DNA of 64,000 bases, taken from assembly GCA_016787045.1 (NCBI GenBank), contig JAEUVA010000008.1, positions 113,743 to 177,742 of the forward strand. Direction: 5' to 3'. Position numbers and translations under genes: made by a program. The DNA comes from Chitinophagales bacterium (lineage in GTDB: Bacteria; Bacteroidota; Bacteroidia; Chitinophagales; LD1). The notes beneath the pieces are model-generated. The model saw only the letters and a program-made list of their open reading frames with translations. It ran no database searches and was not told where the DNA came from. Shown here one piece after another: positions 9,547 through 19,007 of the stretch (positions are counted from its first letter, which is position 1; the number at the start of each line of letters is the position of its first letter).

Positions 9547-10467
9547 TTAGTTAACGTAGCGCGGGCTTTTAATAAACACCGGTTTAGGTTTAGGTAACTC
9601 AAAGCGGTAGATGAGTTGTACCTCGTGGCTGCCGGTTTGGTGTTTGCGCAGTTCGCCCAAACCAAAATCGTATGCATAGCTGGCCGTTAGCGATTTGGTG
9701 ATGTGTGCCCCCAACAGCAGCCCCACAGCATCTGTACTTCTGTATATGGCTCCTACAATAAATCGCTTGCGAATGGTAAAGTTGATATTGGCCTCTACCT
9801 GCGCAGCAAAATCGATAGAGCGAACAAAAAGGGCTGGTGTAATGGCTAATTTTTCGTTTACCACCCAGTTGTATTTGGCGTAAGCAAAGTAGTGGCGCGG
9901 CACTCTAAATGGGGTGGCTTTACCTAAGCCCTGATCTAAATTGCTCACCGAAAAACCAATGGTGGTGTTGTAGCCGCTAAACTCTAACCCGGCCGCCAAA
10001 AAGGCCTTAAAGCGGTTGTTGTTTGTTAGTATGGCGCTTTGGTCCACACTGTAAGGCAAGGTTTGGTAAATGAGTTCGGTACCTTTTACAAAACTATTGA
10101 GCATGCCAATGCTTAACCCTACAGAGAGGCGCGCGCGGTCATTCAACCGCTGCGAGTAAGCGTACGAAGCACGTACAGAGGTAAACCGCTGCTTGCCCAG
10201 CATATCGTTAGTAATCACCAAACCCACCCCGCCATAAGCTTTGGGTATGTAGCCGTAGGCATTCAATAAAAATGTGCCGGGCGCCTCTCTAAAACCCACC
10301 CATTGCTGGCGGTACAGTGCCCCAAGGTAAATGTCTTTGGCATTGCCACTTACAGCCGGGTTAAACACATGGCTGTGGTAAGCAAAGTGGGCAATTACCG
10401 GCTCGTTTTGCGCTTTGGCAAGCAGGGCAGTGGCAATAAGTGTAAATAGGATGTATATCTTTTTCAT
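9547..10467 (-). CDS. PorP/SprF family type IX secretion system membrane protein
   Basis: 306 aa with signal peptide. N-terminal ...HSHVFNPAVSGN...LYRQQWVGFREAP... is typical of PorP/SprF. Last gene of the adhesin operon. Confidence 0.85.
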   Translation of the reverse strand: MKKIYILFTLIATALLAKAQNEPVIAHFAYHSHVFNPAVSGNAKDIYLGALYRQQWVGFREAPGTFLLNAYGYIPKAYGGVGLVITNDMLGKQRFTSVRASYAYSQRLNDRARLSVGLSIGMLNSFVKGTELIYQTLPYSVDQSAILTNNNRFKAFLAAGLEFSGYNTTIGFSVSNLDQGLGKATPFRVPRHYFAYAKYNWVVNEKLAITPALFVRSIDFAAQVEANINFTIRKRFIVGAIYRSTDAVGLLLGAHITKSLTASYAYDFGLGELRKHQTGSHEVQLIYRFELPKPKPVFIKSPRYVN

Positions 10468-10496
10468 AACAGGGGGTGTTATTGTTATTTGCTGAT

Positions 10497-12386
10497 TTAT
10501 TTTTGAATTACCTGAAAGGCCGTTCTGCGGTTTTGCTGATGCTCCTCTTCGGTTTTTGCCCCTTTTACCACGGGCTGCATAAAGCCAAACCCTTTGTAGC
10601 TCAGGTGCCCTTCGCTAATACCTTTGCTCACTAAGTATTCTACCACACTTTTTGCCCGGTTTTCAGACAGCGTTTGGTTGTACTCTGCTTTTCCGCGCTC
10701 ATCGGTATGCGAATTGATTTGTACAAAAGCATCGGGCGTATCTTCCAAAATTTTGACCAGTTTATCTAAACTCGGTTTTGATTCTTCGCGCAGTACATAG
10801 CTGTCTAAATCATAGTAAATATTATCTATCCTGATTTCTTCTTTAGGGATGCGTTTAATCGCAAAATCGTAATTGTGGCCCGTGGCTTTAGAAAACTCTT
10901 TGCTAAACTTTTCTCCTTGTGTACTTAGCTTGCGCGAATCGCCAAAATAGCCGGGGGCCATGGCGTTTATCTTGTAGTTTTTATCCTTATCTACCTCAAA
11001 AATGTACTCGCCATTGGCATTGGTGGTGGTAGAGTCTATGCTTCCGTCAGCGGCTGTAATAAGGATAGTTGCACCGGCCAAAGGCAAACCTGTTTCTTGG
11101 TCAGTAATGCGTCCTTTTACGGTTAAAATTATGGGGGTTAAATAGAAAGAATAAATATCATCGCCCCCCAGCCCACCGGTGCGGTTGCTGGTGTAGTAGC
11201 CACTTTTACCATCGGCATTCATGGCCAAATAAAAATCGTCTGCACTGCTGTTAAACGGCTGCTTCAGGTTCACGGGTTTGCTCCAGCCATCGGCACCTTG
11301 CGCGGCATAAAAAATGTCTAAACCGCCAAAGCCCGTATGCCCCTCGCTGGCAAAAAACAATACCGAATCGCGCAGGGTAGGAAACATCTCATCAAACTCG
11401 GTATTGATTCCGCTTCCGGCATTTACGGGGTCGCTCCAGGTATCACCGCTTTTGCGCATGTACCAAATATCGGAGCCGCCTTGTCCGCCATCTGTTTTAG
11501 CTACAAAATACAACTTGCTGCCATCGGCACTTATGGCGGGGTGCTGCATATCGTACTTCTGCTGAAAGCCAAGGGCAATGGGTTTGGGCACACCAAATGT
11601 ATTGGTGGCATCATCGTAAGCGGCTTCATAAATCTTACAAAAACTGTCTTTGCTTTTTTTGTCGTTGCAACGGGTGTAGTACACCGTTTTTGTTTTTTCG
11701 CACCAACTCAAAACCCCTTCGTTGGCTTCCGGCAAACTAATGGCTGCTACCTTCTTGGGCTTGCTCCATGTTTTATCTTCTTTAAAATAAGCGGTTATGT
11801 AAAAGTTAGAGTAACCCTGCGCATCAAAGCTGTAAACCTGTTCGCTCTTGTCTTCTAAGCGCGATGAAGTAAACAGGGTGAGCAACCTCAAAGTAGTGGC
11901 CGCATAATCGTTGTACGGGCTATTAAGCGACTGCTCGTTTTTAATAGTATAAACCGAAGAGTCTTTTACTGCCGCCAATGCAAACTTACAGTTGTTGAGC
12001 AGGCGGATACCGTCTTTATCACCGGGCTGAGTGCTCAAAAAACTTTCCATCTTTTGCTGTGCTTGTTCGTACTTGCCTTGCTTCATGTAAATATTGGCCT
12101 GGTGGTACAAATAGTTGGCATTTGCATAGCCATCGGCTTTAGCTTGGTTGTACCAGGTAATGGCATCTTCATACTTGCCGGTATAGCGGTAACACTCGGC
12201 CACATTAAACTTTATTTGTGCTAAGTCGGCTTTCTTATCGGGCTTAATCAACACTTTTTGATACAGCGATAAGGCAAGCGTGTACTCACGGTTGTTGAAT
12301 GCTTCGGTGGCTTGCTCTAAATAGCTTTGTGCGTAAATTGCTACTGCACAAAACATAACTAATAGGGTGATAATGCTCTTTCTCAT
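10497..12386 (-). CDS. OmpA family protein (TPR + TolB-like beta-propeller repeats + CarboxypepD_reg-like + OmpA_C)
   Basis: 629 aa. N-terminal TPR-like helices; repeated DG..LYF.S....GG.DI[WY] propeller motifs; C-terminal INSHTDERGKAEYNQTLSENRAKSVVEYL...NRRT OmpA peptidoglycan-binding domain. Confidence 0.85.
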   Translation of the reverse strand: MRKSIITLLVMFCAVAIYAQSYLEQATEAFNNREYTLALSLYQKVLIKPDKKADLAQIKFNVAECYRYTGKYEDAITWYNQAKADGYANANYLYHQANIYMKQGKYEQAQQKMESFLSTQPGDKDGIRLLNNCKFALAAVKDSSVYTIKNEQSLNSPYNDYAATTLRLLTLFTSSRLEDKSEQVYSFDAQGYSNFYITAYFKEDKTWSKPKKVAAISLPEANEGVLSWCEKTKTVYYTRCNDKKSKDSFCKIYEAAYDDATNTFGVPKPIALGFQQKYDMQHPAISADGSKLYFVAKTDGGQGGSDIWYMRKSGDTWSDPVNAGSGINTEFDEMFPTLRDSVLFFASEGHTGFGGLDIFYAAQGADGWSKPVNLKQPFNSSADDFYLAMNADGKSGYYTSNRTGGLGGDDIYSFYLTPIILTVKGRITDQETGLPLAGATILITAADGSIDSTTTNANGEYIFEVDKDKNYKINAMAPGYFGDSRKLSTQGEKFSKEFSKATGHNYDFAIKRIPKEEIRIDNIYYDLDSYVLREESKPSLDKLVKILEDTPDAFVQINSHTDERGKAEYNQTLSENRAKSVVEYLVSKGISEGHLSYKGFGFMQPVVKGAKTEEEHQQNRRTAFQVIQK

Positions 12387-12410
12387 GGTATCTGGTTTCT
12401 GCGCGGGTGA

Positions 12411-15400
12411 TTAATCTTCAATGAGCAATACGTTGCCTTTAATGGTGGTCAGGCGGTCAGTAATATCCGGCAACTGCACCACGTAATAGTACGTTCCGGG
12501 CGAAACCTTTTGCCCATTGTAACGTCCATCCCATCCGTCAAAACCGCGGTATAATTCTTGCCCCCAACGGTTGAGGATAACTAAGTCATATCCTTTCAAA
12601 AACACATCGTTTACACCATCGGCATTGGGGGTAAATGCATTGGGAAAATCAACCACTTTTACGTAGCCAATACTCTTGTGGCTTACACAGCCAAACTGTG
12701 TGGCAATTACCCACACCGAGTCGCCATCGTTAAAACTGCTGCTGGCAAAGGTGTTTTGAACCCCATTTTGTGCCACATTTCCATTCCAAAAAAACTGATA
12801 GCTGGCAAACGTATCGGGCAGGGCTGTAAAAATCAACACCTCGTTTTGAAAGATAATATTGCCCGGATGGTCGCTGGTTAAAGTAACCACGGGCTGTGGG
12901 CGCACAATAACGGTAACCGGTATTCGCCCCTGCAAGTTGGCGCAACCTCCTGCAGAAATGGCTTCTGCAAAAATGGTAGTAGTTTGTGTTAATGTATCTG
13001 TAGTGTAAGTACTTCCACTGCCAAGTAATGTACCACCGGTAGCAGCACTCCACCAGTTTACAATAGTACCGGCAGGGGTTACGTTGGCAGTAAGGGTGGT
13101 AAACTCGCTGTAGCACAAGGTATCTTTGCCGGCACTAATTCCCAGTACCGTAGGTACATCTACTACCACTTGTAATGTGGCCCCTGTACTGCTGCCACAT
13201 TCGTTGGTAGCTACCACATTTACAGTATAAGTACCAGCCGCTCCACCCCAGTTAATGCTCACCGAATTAGTACCCTGTCCGGCAGTAATTACACCTCCCC
13301 CACTCACTGTCCAGGTATAACCATTAGCATCTGCACTACTGTTTACCGAATAAATTGCTACGGTATTACCGCAAGCAGATGGGTTGCCCGTAATTGTAGC
13401 CGGTGTAACAGGCACATTCTTCACCACTACAAATACTGTAGCACTTACGTTACCACATGCATTAGTTGCCGTAAGCTGATACGTACCGGTGGCACTCGGT
13501 TGCGCATTAGTAATACTTACGCTCTGTTGGTTAGATTGAAAACCACCCGGCCCGGTCCAACTCCATAAAGTAACATTTGTACCGGTACCGGATAAGTTAA
13601 TTGTACCTCCCACACAAATAGTATCATTAGGCAGTGCATTAGCACTCAGGTTTTGGATAAAGGTATCTATCTGCACCGTTACACTGGCCGATTGATTGCC
13701 ACAAGCATTGAAAGCAGTAACCGTATATGTGCCCGCATGGGCTTGTGTAGCTGGCGATAGCACCGGATTTTGAAGATTTGAATTAAATCCTGCCGGGCCA
13801 CTCCAACTCCATTGGTTTACTCCGGTACCGGCTGCGCTCAGCGTCAAACTGCTTCCGCTGCATAGTACACCATTGTTTGTAGCAGATGCCGTTATGTTTT
13901 GCAAAGGTGAATTAACTAACACCTGTAAACTGCCGCTGGCGGTGTTACAGGCATTGCTGCCTATTACATTGTAGGTACCGCTGGGATTAGCAGAAATATT
14001 ATTGATAGTAACCGTGGCTTGAGTAGATGAAAAACCTCCCGGGCCGTTCCACTGCCAGTTGTTTACATTTTGCCCGCTGGCACTTAATACAACAGTACTT
14101 CCTGCACACACCGTATCATCAGGCGTAGCATTTACATTGATAGAAGATATGGCAGTATCCACTTGTACACTCACAGAGCCGGTTTGTTGGCCACAGGCAT
14201 TAGTACCCGTTACCGTATAAACACCCGAGTTAGCAGTATATGCCGGATTGATTATAGGGTTTTGTTGATTAGAAGTAAAACCATTAGGGCCACTCCATGC
14301 CCATTGATTTACACCGGTTCCTGTTGCAGACAAAGTAATGCTTGACCCTGCACAAACATTTCCGCCCGAACTTGCAGTTGCAGAAATGCTCTGCAGCGTA
14401 TTGTTTACTACCACTTGTAAGTTGGCGGTTTGGTTGCCACAAGCATTACCCGCAGTTACCGTATAGGTGCCACTATTGGCCACAGTTGCCGAGGTAATTA
14501 CCAGATTTTGCTGGGTAGAAGTAAAACCTGCCGGCCCATTCCAGCTCCAGTTGTTTACAGAAGATCCGGAGGCATTAAGTGTAATGTTTCCTCCTGCACA
14601 AATCGTATCATTCGGGTTAGCATTTACCGTTAAGTTTTGAATGGGAATATCTACATCCACATTTACGGTAGCCGTGGCAGAACCACAGGTGTTGGTGGCA
14701 GTAAGCGTGTATAATCCACTATCTGCCAAATTAACATTAGCAATACCCGGGTTTTGGAAAGCCGAGGTAAAGCCATTAGGCCCCGCCCACGAAAAAGAAG
14801 ATGCCCCGTTGGCATTTCCTGTAAGTAACAATGAGCTGTTCGCACAAATATTAGTAAAGTTAGCCGCAGCGGTAACATTGGTGGGTGCGGTGGCTAAGTT
14901 AACCAGCACACTACTTTGCGATGAGCCGCAAGAGTTAATAGCCGTAAGTGTGTAATTACCCGCATTGGCGGGCTGGAAATTATTGAGCGTATTATTAAGC
15001 TGAGATGAAGAATAACTATTAGGCCCACTCCAGGTATATGACGTTGCACCAGTTGCACTGCCGCTCAGCGTAAGCGTACCACCTGCACACACCGGGCTTG
15101 GATTGGCAGAGGCATTTACCGAAATAGGTGCAGCGTTTACGGTTACATTTACCGTTGCGTTTGTTCCCCCACAAGCATTAGAAGCGGTAAGGGTGTATGT
15201 ACCGGAAGCCACCAACTGCGCATTGCTCACAGAGGCATTTTGAGTTGAAGCACTAAAACCATTGGGCCCGTTCCACAACCAGGCAGTAGCACCGGTGGCA
15301 TTGCCGGTAAGGTTAATGGTATTGCCTACACAAGCCGGGTTTGGGTTAGCAGAAGCCGTTACACTTTGCGGTACATTGTTTACTGTAACTACCACACTTG

Positions 15401-17492
15401 CTGAGCCGCTACCGCAACTGCTGCTGGCCGTTAGGTTGTAAGTACCCGCTGCCGCAGCGGTGAGGTTAGTTATCTGCGGGCTTTGTGAGGTAGATGAAAA
15501 TCCATTAGGTCCCGTCCAACTCCAGCTATTTACTCCATTACCACTACCAGTAAGTGTAAGTGTACCACCTACACAAGCGGGGTTGGGGTTAGCCGTTGCT
15601 GCCACATTGCTCACCCCGGCTACCACGTTTACCTGAAGGGTTCTGTTTACCGTACCACAAGCATTGGCAACTGCAACAGATACCGTATATGGGCCACCGG
15701 CTGTAATCCAGTTAATAGTTGCCGTTGGCGTATTTTGTCCACCCGAAATTGTTCCACCACCACTTACACTCCAAGTGTAAGTAGTAGCTCCGGTGGCAGT
15801 TACAGAATAATTAGCATTGCCTAAACATGGAGCATTACTACCCGTTACGCTTCCTACACCTGTAGGAGGCTGAGTAACAGTTAATGTAATATTTGCTCTT
15901 GCGCTAACGCAACCGGGGTTAGTATTATCTTCTGCTTCAACATAATAAGTAGTAGTAGCGGATGGCGATACATTTAGCGGTGCATTGCCTATTGAAGTAC
16001 CTCCCGTTGCTTGGGTATATACTTTGTAAGTAACACCGGTTCCACCGGATGCGTTTAAAGTAACTTGTGTAGCGGGGCATACGTTGTTATTGCTTAATGA
16101 TAATGATGGCACAGGAGGTGGTGTACATGCCACATTTAAACAAACAACGGTAGTACCGGGCGTAATACTAACAGAATTAAGGGTAACAGTGCTGGCTGCA
16201 CCGGTGGTTACTACTGTAGAAGTAAATGAATTAAAGGTAGGTGCATAATTACTTCTGCTAAACGTAGGTGAATTAGGCGAACAAGTAGTACCGTTTTGCA
16301 ATCCATCTTTATCTGTTTTTACCACTCCATAATCATAGCTGGTAGAAGTTTGAGTGGCGGCAATGGAGTTCATGATATAGCCGGTATCGCTTACCTGTAT
16401 GCCTACCGGCAAAATGGAAACAAACCCGGAGTTGTACGTACGGCTAAACATTACAGCACCGGTAGATGAATTGGTTTTCATTACAAAAGCACTGTAATCC
16501 AAAAAGGGCGGTGTAAACGTGATACCTATACGCGTACCAAAAATGGTATTATGCCCATCTATAGTCTTTACTAAACTTGAACCAAGGGCAGAAAAACCGC
16601 TGGTAGTATATAAACTGTTTGTACCGGTTATAGTTGGGCCGGTATTTGGGGTATTAACGTTTAAAATGAATGCCCTGCCATTATCATCACCACTAAGCAT
16701 TACCGAGTTGGCTCCTGTGTTCAATATAGCGTATGCCCCCTCGCTATTACTGTTTCCCCAGCGGTGAGACCATTGCAAAGTACCGCTGGTATTGGTTTTT
16801 AAGATAACGGCATCGCTTTGCCCATCACCTCCTACAATAGTTGCACTTCCTACAAACACATACCCATCACTCACTTCTGCTACATCATTCAAATTATCAT
16901 CATCATCAAATGTGGTGGTGTAAAAAAATACCCGCATCCATTGTAGCGCTCCATTGCCATCTATTTTCATGGCAAACATTTTAGAAGAATCTTGACGGGC
17001 AATTGCGCCTGCGCCATCCGGATCTACCCTTTTTACACTGCCTGCAACTACATACCCACCATCCGAAGTCGGGAGAATACGGTTGCCGTACTCTAAACTT
17101 CCTGTAGATGCGGATACTCGGTACCGGTTAGCCCAAACCACATTTCCGGTGGCATCTACACGGGCTACCAAACAACCACTTCCGGTAGAACCGGTTACCA
17201 CATAGCCGCCCCCGGTAATTCGCTTTACATCGGTAAATTGAGTACTGATACCACTGGCAGAGTATGCTCTTGCCCATTGTACGGTACCATTTTGCGAAAT
17301 CTGAATCATGTTGCCCTGAGTACCTAAACTGGCATTGGTACCGGACATTACATAGCTGCCGGTGGTGCTTTGCGCTAGCCCTCCGGGCAAGTCAAAAATG
17401 GCTACGTCATATTGTATTCTGAATGTAGTTTGCTGGGCTGATAGCAATGAAATTACAAACAGCGCTGCTGCGAGGGTAAACAGATGTTTCAT
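12411..17492 (-). CDS. giant cell-surface adhesin-like protein with a T9SS type B (gliding motility-associated) C-terminal sorting domain
   Basis: 1693 aa from ATG 17492 (MKHLFTLAAALFVISLLSAQ signal). N-terminal beta-propeller-like repeats (GGYVVTGS / DGGYVVAGS / W..R), then Ig/PKD-like repeats. C-terminal FPNAFTPNADGVNDVF...GTYYYVV motif is characteristic of the type B CTD. Confidence 0.9.
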   Translation of the reverse strand: MKHLFTLAAALFVISLLSAQQTTFRIQYDVAIFDLPGGLAQSTTGSYVMSGTNASLGTQGNMIQISQNGTVQWARAYSASGISTQFTDVKRITGGGYVVTGSTGSGCLVARVDATGNVVWANRYRVSASTGSLEYGNRILPTSDGGYVVAGSVKRVDPDGAGAIARQDSSKMFAMKIDGNGALQWMRVFFYTTTFDDDDNLNDVAEVSDGYVFVGSATIVGGDGQSDAVILKTNTSGTLQWSHRWGNSNSEGAYAILNTGANSVMLSGDDNGRAFILNVNTPNTGPTITGTNSLYTTSGFSALGSSLVKTIDGHNTIFGTRIGITFTPPFLDYSAFVMKTNSSTGAVMFSRTYNSGFVSILPVGIQVSDTGYIMNSIAATQTSTSYDYGVVKTDKDGLQNGTTCSPNSPTFSRSNYAPTFNSFTSTVVTTGAASTVTLNSVSITPGTTVVCLNVACTPPPVPSLSLSNNNVCPATQVTLNASGGTGVTYKVYTQATGGTSIGNAPLNVSPSATTTYYVEAEDNTNPGCVSARANITLTVTQPPTGVGSVTGSNAPCLGNANYSVTATGATTYTWSVSGGGTISGGQNTPTATINWITAGGPYTVSVAVANACGTVNRTLQVNVVAGVSNVAATANPNPACVGGTLTLTGSGNGVNSWSWTGPNGFSSTSQSPQITNLTAAAAGTYNLTASSSCGSGSASVVVTVNNVPQSVTASANPNPACVGNTINLTGNATGATAWLWNGPNGFSASTQNASVSNAQLVASGTYTLTASNACGGTNATVNVTVNAAPISVNASANPSPVCAGGTLTLSGSATGATSYTWSGPNSYSSSQLNNTLNNFQPANAGNYTLTAINSCGSSQSSVLVNLATAPTNVTAAANFTNICANSSLLLTGNANGASSFSWAGPNGFTSAFQNPGIANVNLADSGLYTLTATNTCGSATATVNVDVDIPIQNLTVNANPNDTICAGGNITLNASGSSVNNWSWNGPAGFTSTQQNLVITSATVANSGTYTVTAGNACGNQTANLQVVVNNTLQSISATASSGGNVCAGSSITLSATGTGVNQWAWSGPNGFTSNQQNPIINPAYTANSGVYTVTGTNACGQQTGSVSVQVDTAISSINVNATPDDTVCAGSTVVLSASGQNVNNWQWNGPGGFSSTQATVTINNISANPSGTYNVIGSNACNTASGSLQVLVNSPLQNITASATNNGVLCSGSSLTLSAAGTGVNQWSWSGPAGFNSNLQNPVLSPATQAHAGTYTVTAFNACGNQSASVTVQIDTFIQNLSANALPNDTICVGGTINLSGTGTNVTLWSWTGPGGFQSNQQSVSITNAQPSATGTYQLTATNACGNVSATVFVVVKNVPVTPATITGNPSACGNTVAIYSVNSSADANGYTWTVSGGGVITAGQGTNSVSINWGGAAGTYTVNVVATNECGSSTGATLQVVVDVPTVLGISAGKDTLCYSEFTTLTANVTPAGTIVNWWSAATGGTLLGSGSTYTTDTLTQTTTIFAEAISAGGCANLQGRIPVTVIVRPQPVVTLTSDHPGNIIFQNEVLIFTALPDTFASYQFFWNGNVAQNGVQNTFASSSFNDGDSVWVIATQFGCVSHKSIGYVKVVDFPNAFTPNADGVNDVFLKGYDLVILNRWGQELYRGFDGWDGRYNGQKVSPGTYYYVVQLPDITDRLTTIKGNVLLIED
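13415..15632 (-). repeat. intragenic tandem array: nine ~81-aa (~243-bp) Ig-like repeats inside the adhesin gene
   Basis: The motif W.W.GP.GF.S...N......A.SG.YT.TA.N.CG recurs 9 times. Units 5-9 alternate between two subtypes (A-B-A-B-A). Confidence 0.8.
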
Positions 17493-17564
17493 GCAGGGGT
17501 TAGTGTGTTGGGTAAATATATACAAGCTTACTGTTTTCTGAAATAAAGTAAAGGACTTGTACTC

Positions 17565-17597
17565 AAAAAAAAACCCGCCATTTCAGGCGGGTTTCTC
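17565..17597 (-). terminator. Rho-independent terminator (minus strand) between the small-ORF unit and the adhesin gene
   Basis: Stem cccgcc (17574-17579) pairs with ggcggg (17586-17591), loop atttca. On the minus strand it is followed by T9 (17565-17573). Confidence 0.7.
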
Positions 17598-17617
17598 AGG
17601 GGGTTAATAATTTGATT

Positions 17618-17683
17618 CTAGTTTTTGCTGGCTGAACCAACAGACTGATCTACGGTTGTAGGTTTGATGATTATTGCTGGCAT
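17618..17683 (-). CDS. hypothetical 21-aa micro-ORF (MPAIIIKPTTVDQSVGSASKN)
   Basis: ATG...TAG read by hand from the minus strand. Lies between the 68-aa ORF and the terminator. No homology recognisable, so coding status is uncertain. Confidence 0.2.
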   Translation of the reverse strand: MPAIIIKPTTVDQSVGSASKN

Positions 17684-17725
17684 AATATTTTGATTTACTT
17701 ATTAACAAATTGGGATAAATGCAAA

Positions 17726-17932
17726 CTATTTTGTTGGTGGCTCAACTTCCTCAACTATTACATAAACAGCTGGTACTTCTGCTGGACGAGTGGTTTCATC
17801 CTCAACAAATCTTTTGACGTTCTGAGCGTTGGTGTATTCAACAAATGTGCGGGTTTCAACTCTCACAATGTCTCTGTCAACATTAGTAGCGTTTAGGCCA
17901 AATGCAGCAAAAAGGGTAATAACGTACTCCAT
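17726..17932 (-). CDS. hypothetical small protein (68 aa), hydrophobic N-terminus and acidic C-terminus
   Basis: ATG at 17932 preceded by an A-rich tract (cccaaaaaatctact). MEYVITLFAAFGLNA... could be a signal or anchor. A terminator lies downstream. No recognisable family. Confidence 0.35.
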   Translation of the reverse strand: MEYVITLFAAFGLNATNVDRDIVRVETRTFVEYTNAQNVKRFVEDETTRPAEVPAVYVIVEEVEPPTK

Positions 17933-18239
17933 AGTAGATTTTTTGGGTTTTGTTTTAAAATGTACTACGAGGTTAAGGGTCACTGCCAGCTTGTAACTCC
18001 GCAAACAACCGACACAAAATCAACGATTTACCCTAAAAAAATGTGTGTAATTATTTATTTGCTAAAAAGTTGCTGGAATAAATCTTTTTAGTAGTGTTGC
18101 GTTTTTTTTGTTTAAAACGTACGTACACTCAATGTGGAGAACCGCAAAATGTACTGCGTGTCAATAAGATAGAATGCACAGCATTTGTGTATAAGTACGT
18201 AAAATCGTGCCGAATTGGTTCAGTTTCGCAAGAAAATGA

Positions 18240-19007
18240 TTAACTAAACGCAGCTAAAGCGTTGTCTGTAGTTATTCGCTCTATCTCAGCAGTATCTAAT
18301 TCCAATTTAAGCGATAGGTGGTCACAAATATTTCTAATATATGAAGATTCATTACGCTTACCCCTAAATGGCATTGGCGAGAGATATGGTGCATCTGTCT
18401 CTAATACTACTCTACTGAGTCCTGTTTTTTGGAGTATTTCTATCAGGTTAGAATTTTTATACGTAGCCACTCCACCTATTCCTAAGTAAAATCCCAAATC
18501 CATAATTTGCTTGGCTTGCTCATAAGTGCCGCTAAAGCAATGAAAAATGCCTGTTAATTTCCCTACATAGGGCATTACCGTATTTATACACTCTTGAGTA
18601 GAATTTCTGCTATGGATAACAATAGGTAGTTTGCGTTCAGTAGCCCAATTGATTTGAACATCAAATGCCGCTAACTGTTGTTCTTTGTAGGTTACATCCC
18701 AGTAAAAGTCCAACCCAATTTCTCCAACGGCACAATAAGAACCATTGTTTAGATAAGCATAGGCCGTATCTAACTCTGCCAGATAGTGTTCGTTAATACT
18801 GCATGGGTGCACCCCCATCATGGCCTGTAACTCTACCTCCTGTAGGCCGGATTTTAGCAACAACCGGTGCATTCGCTCATGGCTTTGGGTGTCTATTGCA
18901 GGCAAATAGACTCTCTTAACTCCATTGGCTGCACATCTTTGTAGCACCTCTTCAATATCTTTTTCAAATTCTTTGTGGTAAAGGTGAGCGTGAGTATCAA
19001 TTAACAT
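18240..19007 (-). CDS. TatD family hydrolase (metal-dependent DNase-like)
   Basis: 255 aa. MLIDTHAHLY..., GEIGLDFYW and ETDAPYL motifs. Confidence 0.9.
   Translation of the reverse strand: MLIDTHAHLYHKEFEKDIEEVLQRCAANGVKRVYLPAIDTQSHERMHRLLLKSGLQEVELQAMMGVHPCSINEHYLAELDTAYAYLNNGSYCAVGEIGLDFYWDVTYKEQQLAAFDVQINWATERKLPIVIHSRNSTQECINTVMPYVGKLTGIFHCFSGTYEQAKQIMDLGFYLGIGGVATYKNSNLIEILQKTGLSRVVLETDAPYLSPMPFRGKRNESSYIRNICDHLSLKLELDTAEIERITTDNALAAFS

Noticed and set aside
11337-11858. Long antisense or alternative-frame ORFs inside confident genes (for example 770-1102, 1299-1703, 3801-4169, 6548-6927, 11337-11858, 12730-13116, 28459-28962, 41474-41854, 49925-50401, 57759-58172)
   Set aside because: Each is fully embedded in a gene with clear family signatures on the other strand or frame. 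Their composition is low-complexity or atypical, as expected for shadow ORFs.
13415-15632. Periodic DNA repeats here and at 27361-30575 that could be mistaken for CRISPR or satellite DNA
   Set aside because: They lie inside long uninterrupted ORFs and encode Ig-like and SprB-type protein repeats. Periodicity is about 243 bp and about 230 bp, with conserved Cys/Trp/Gly positions.
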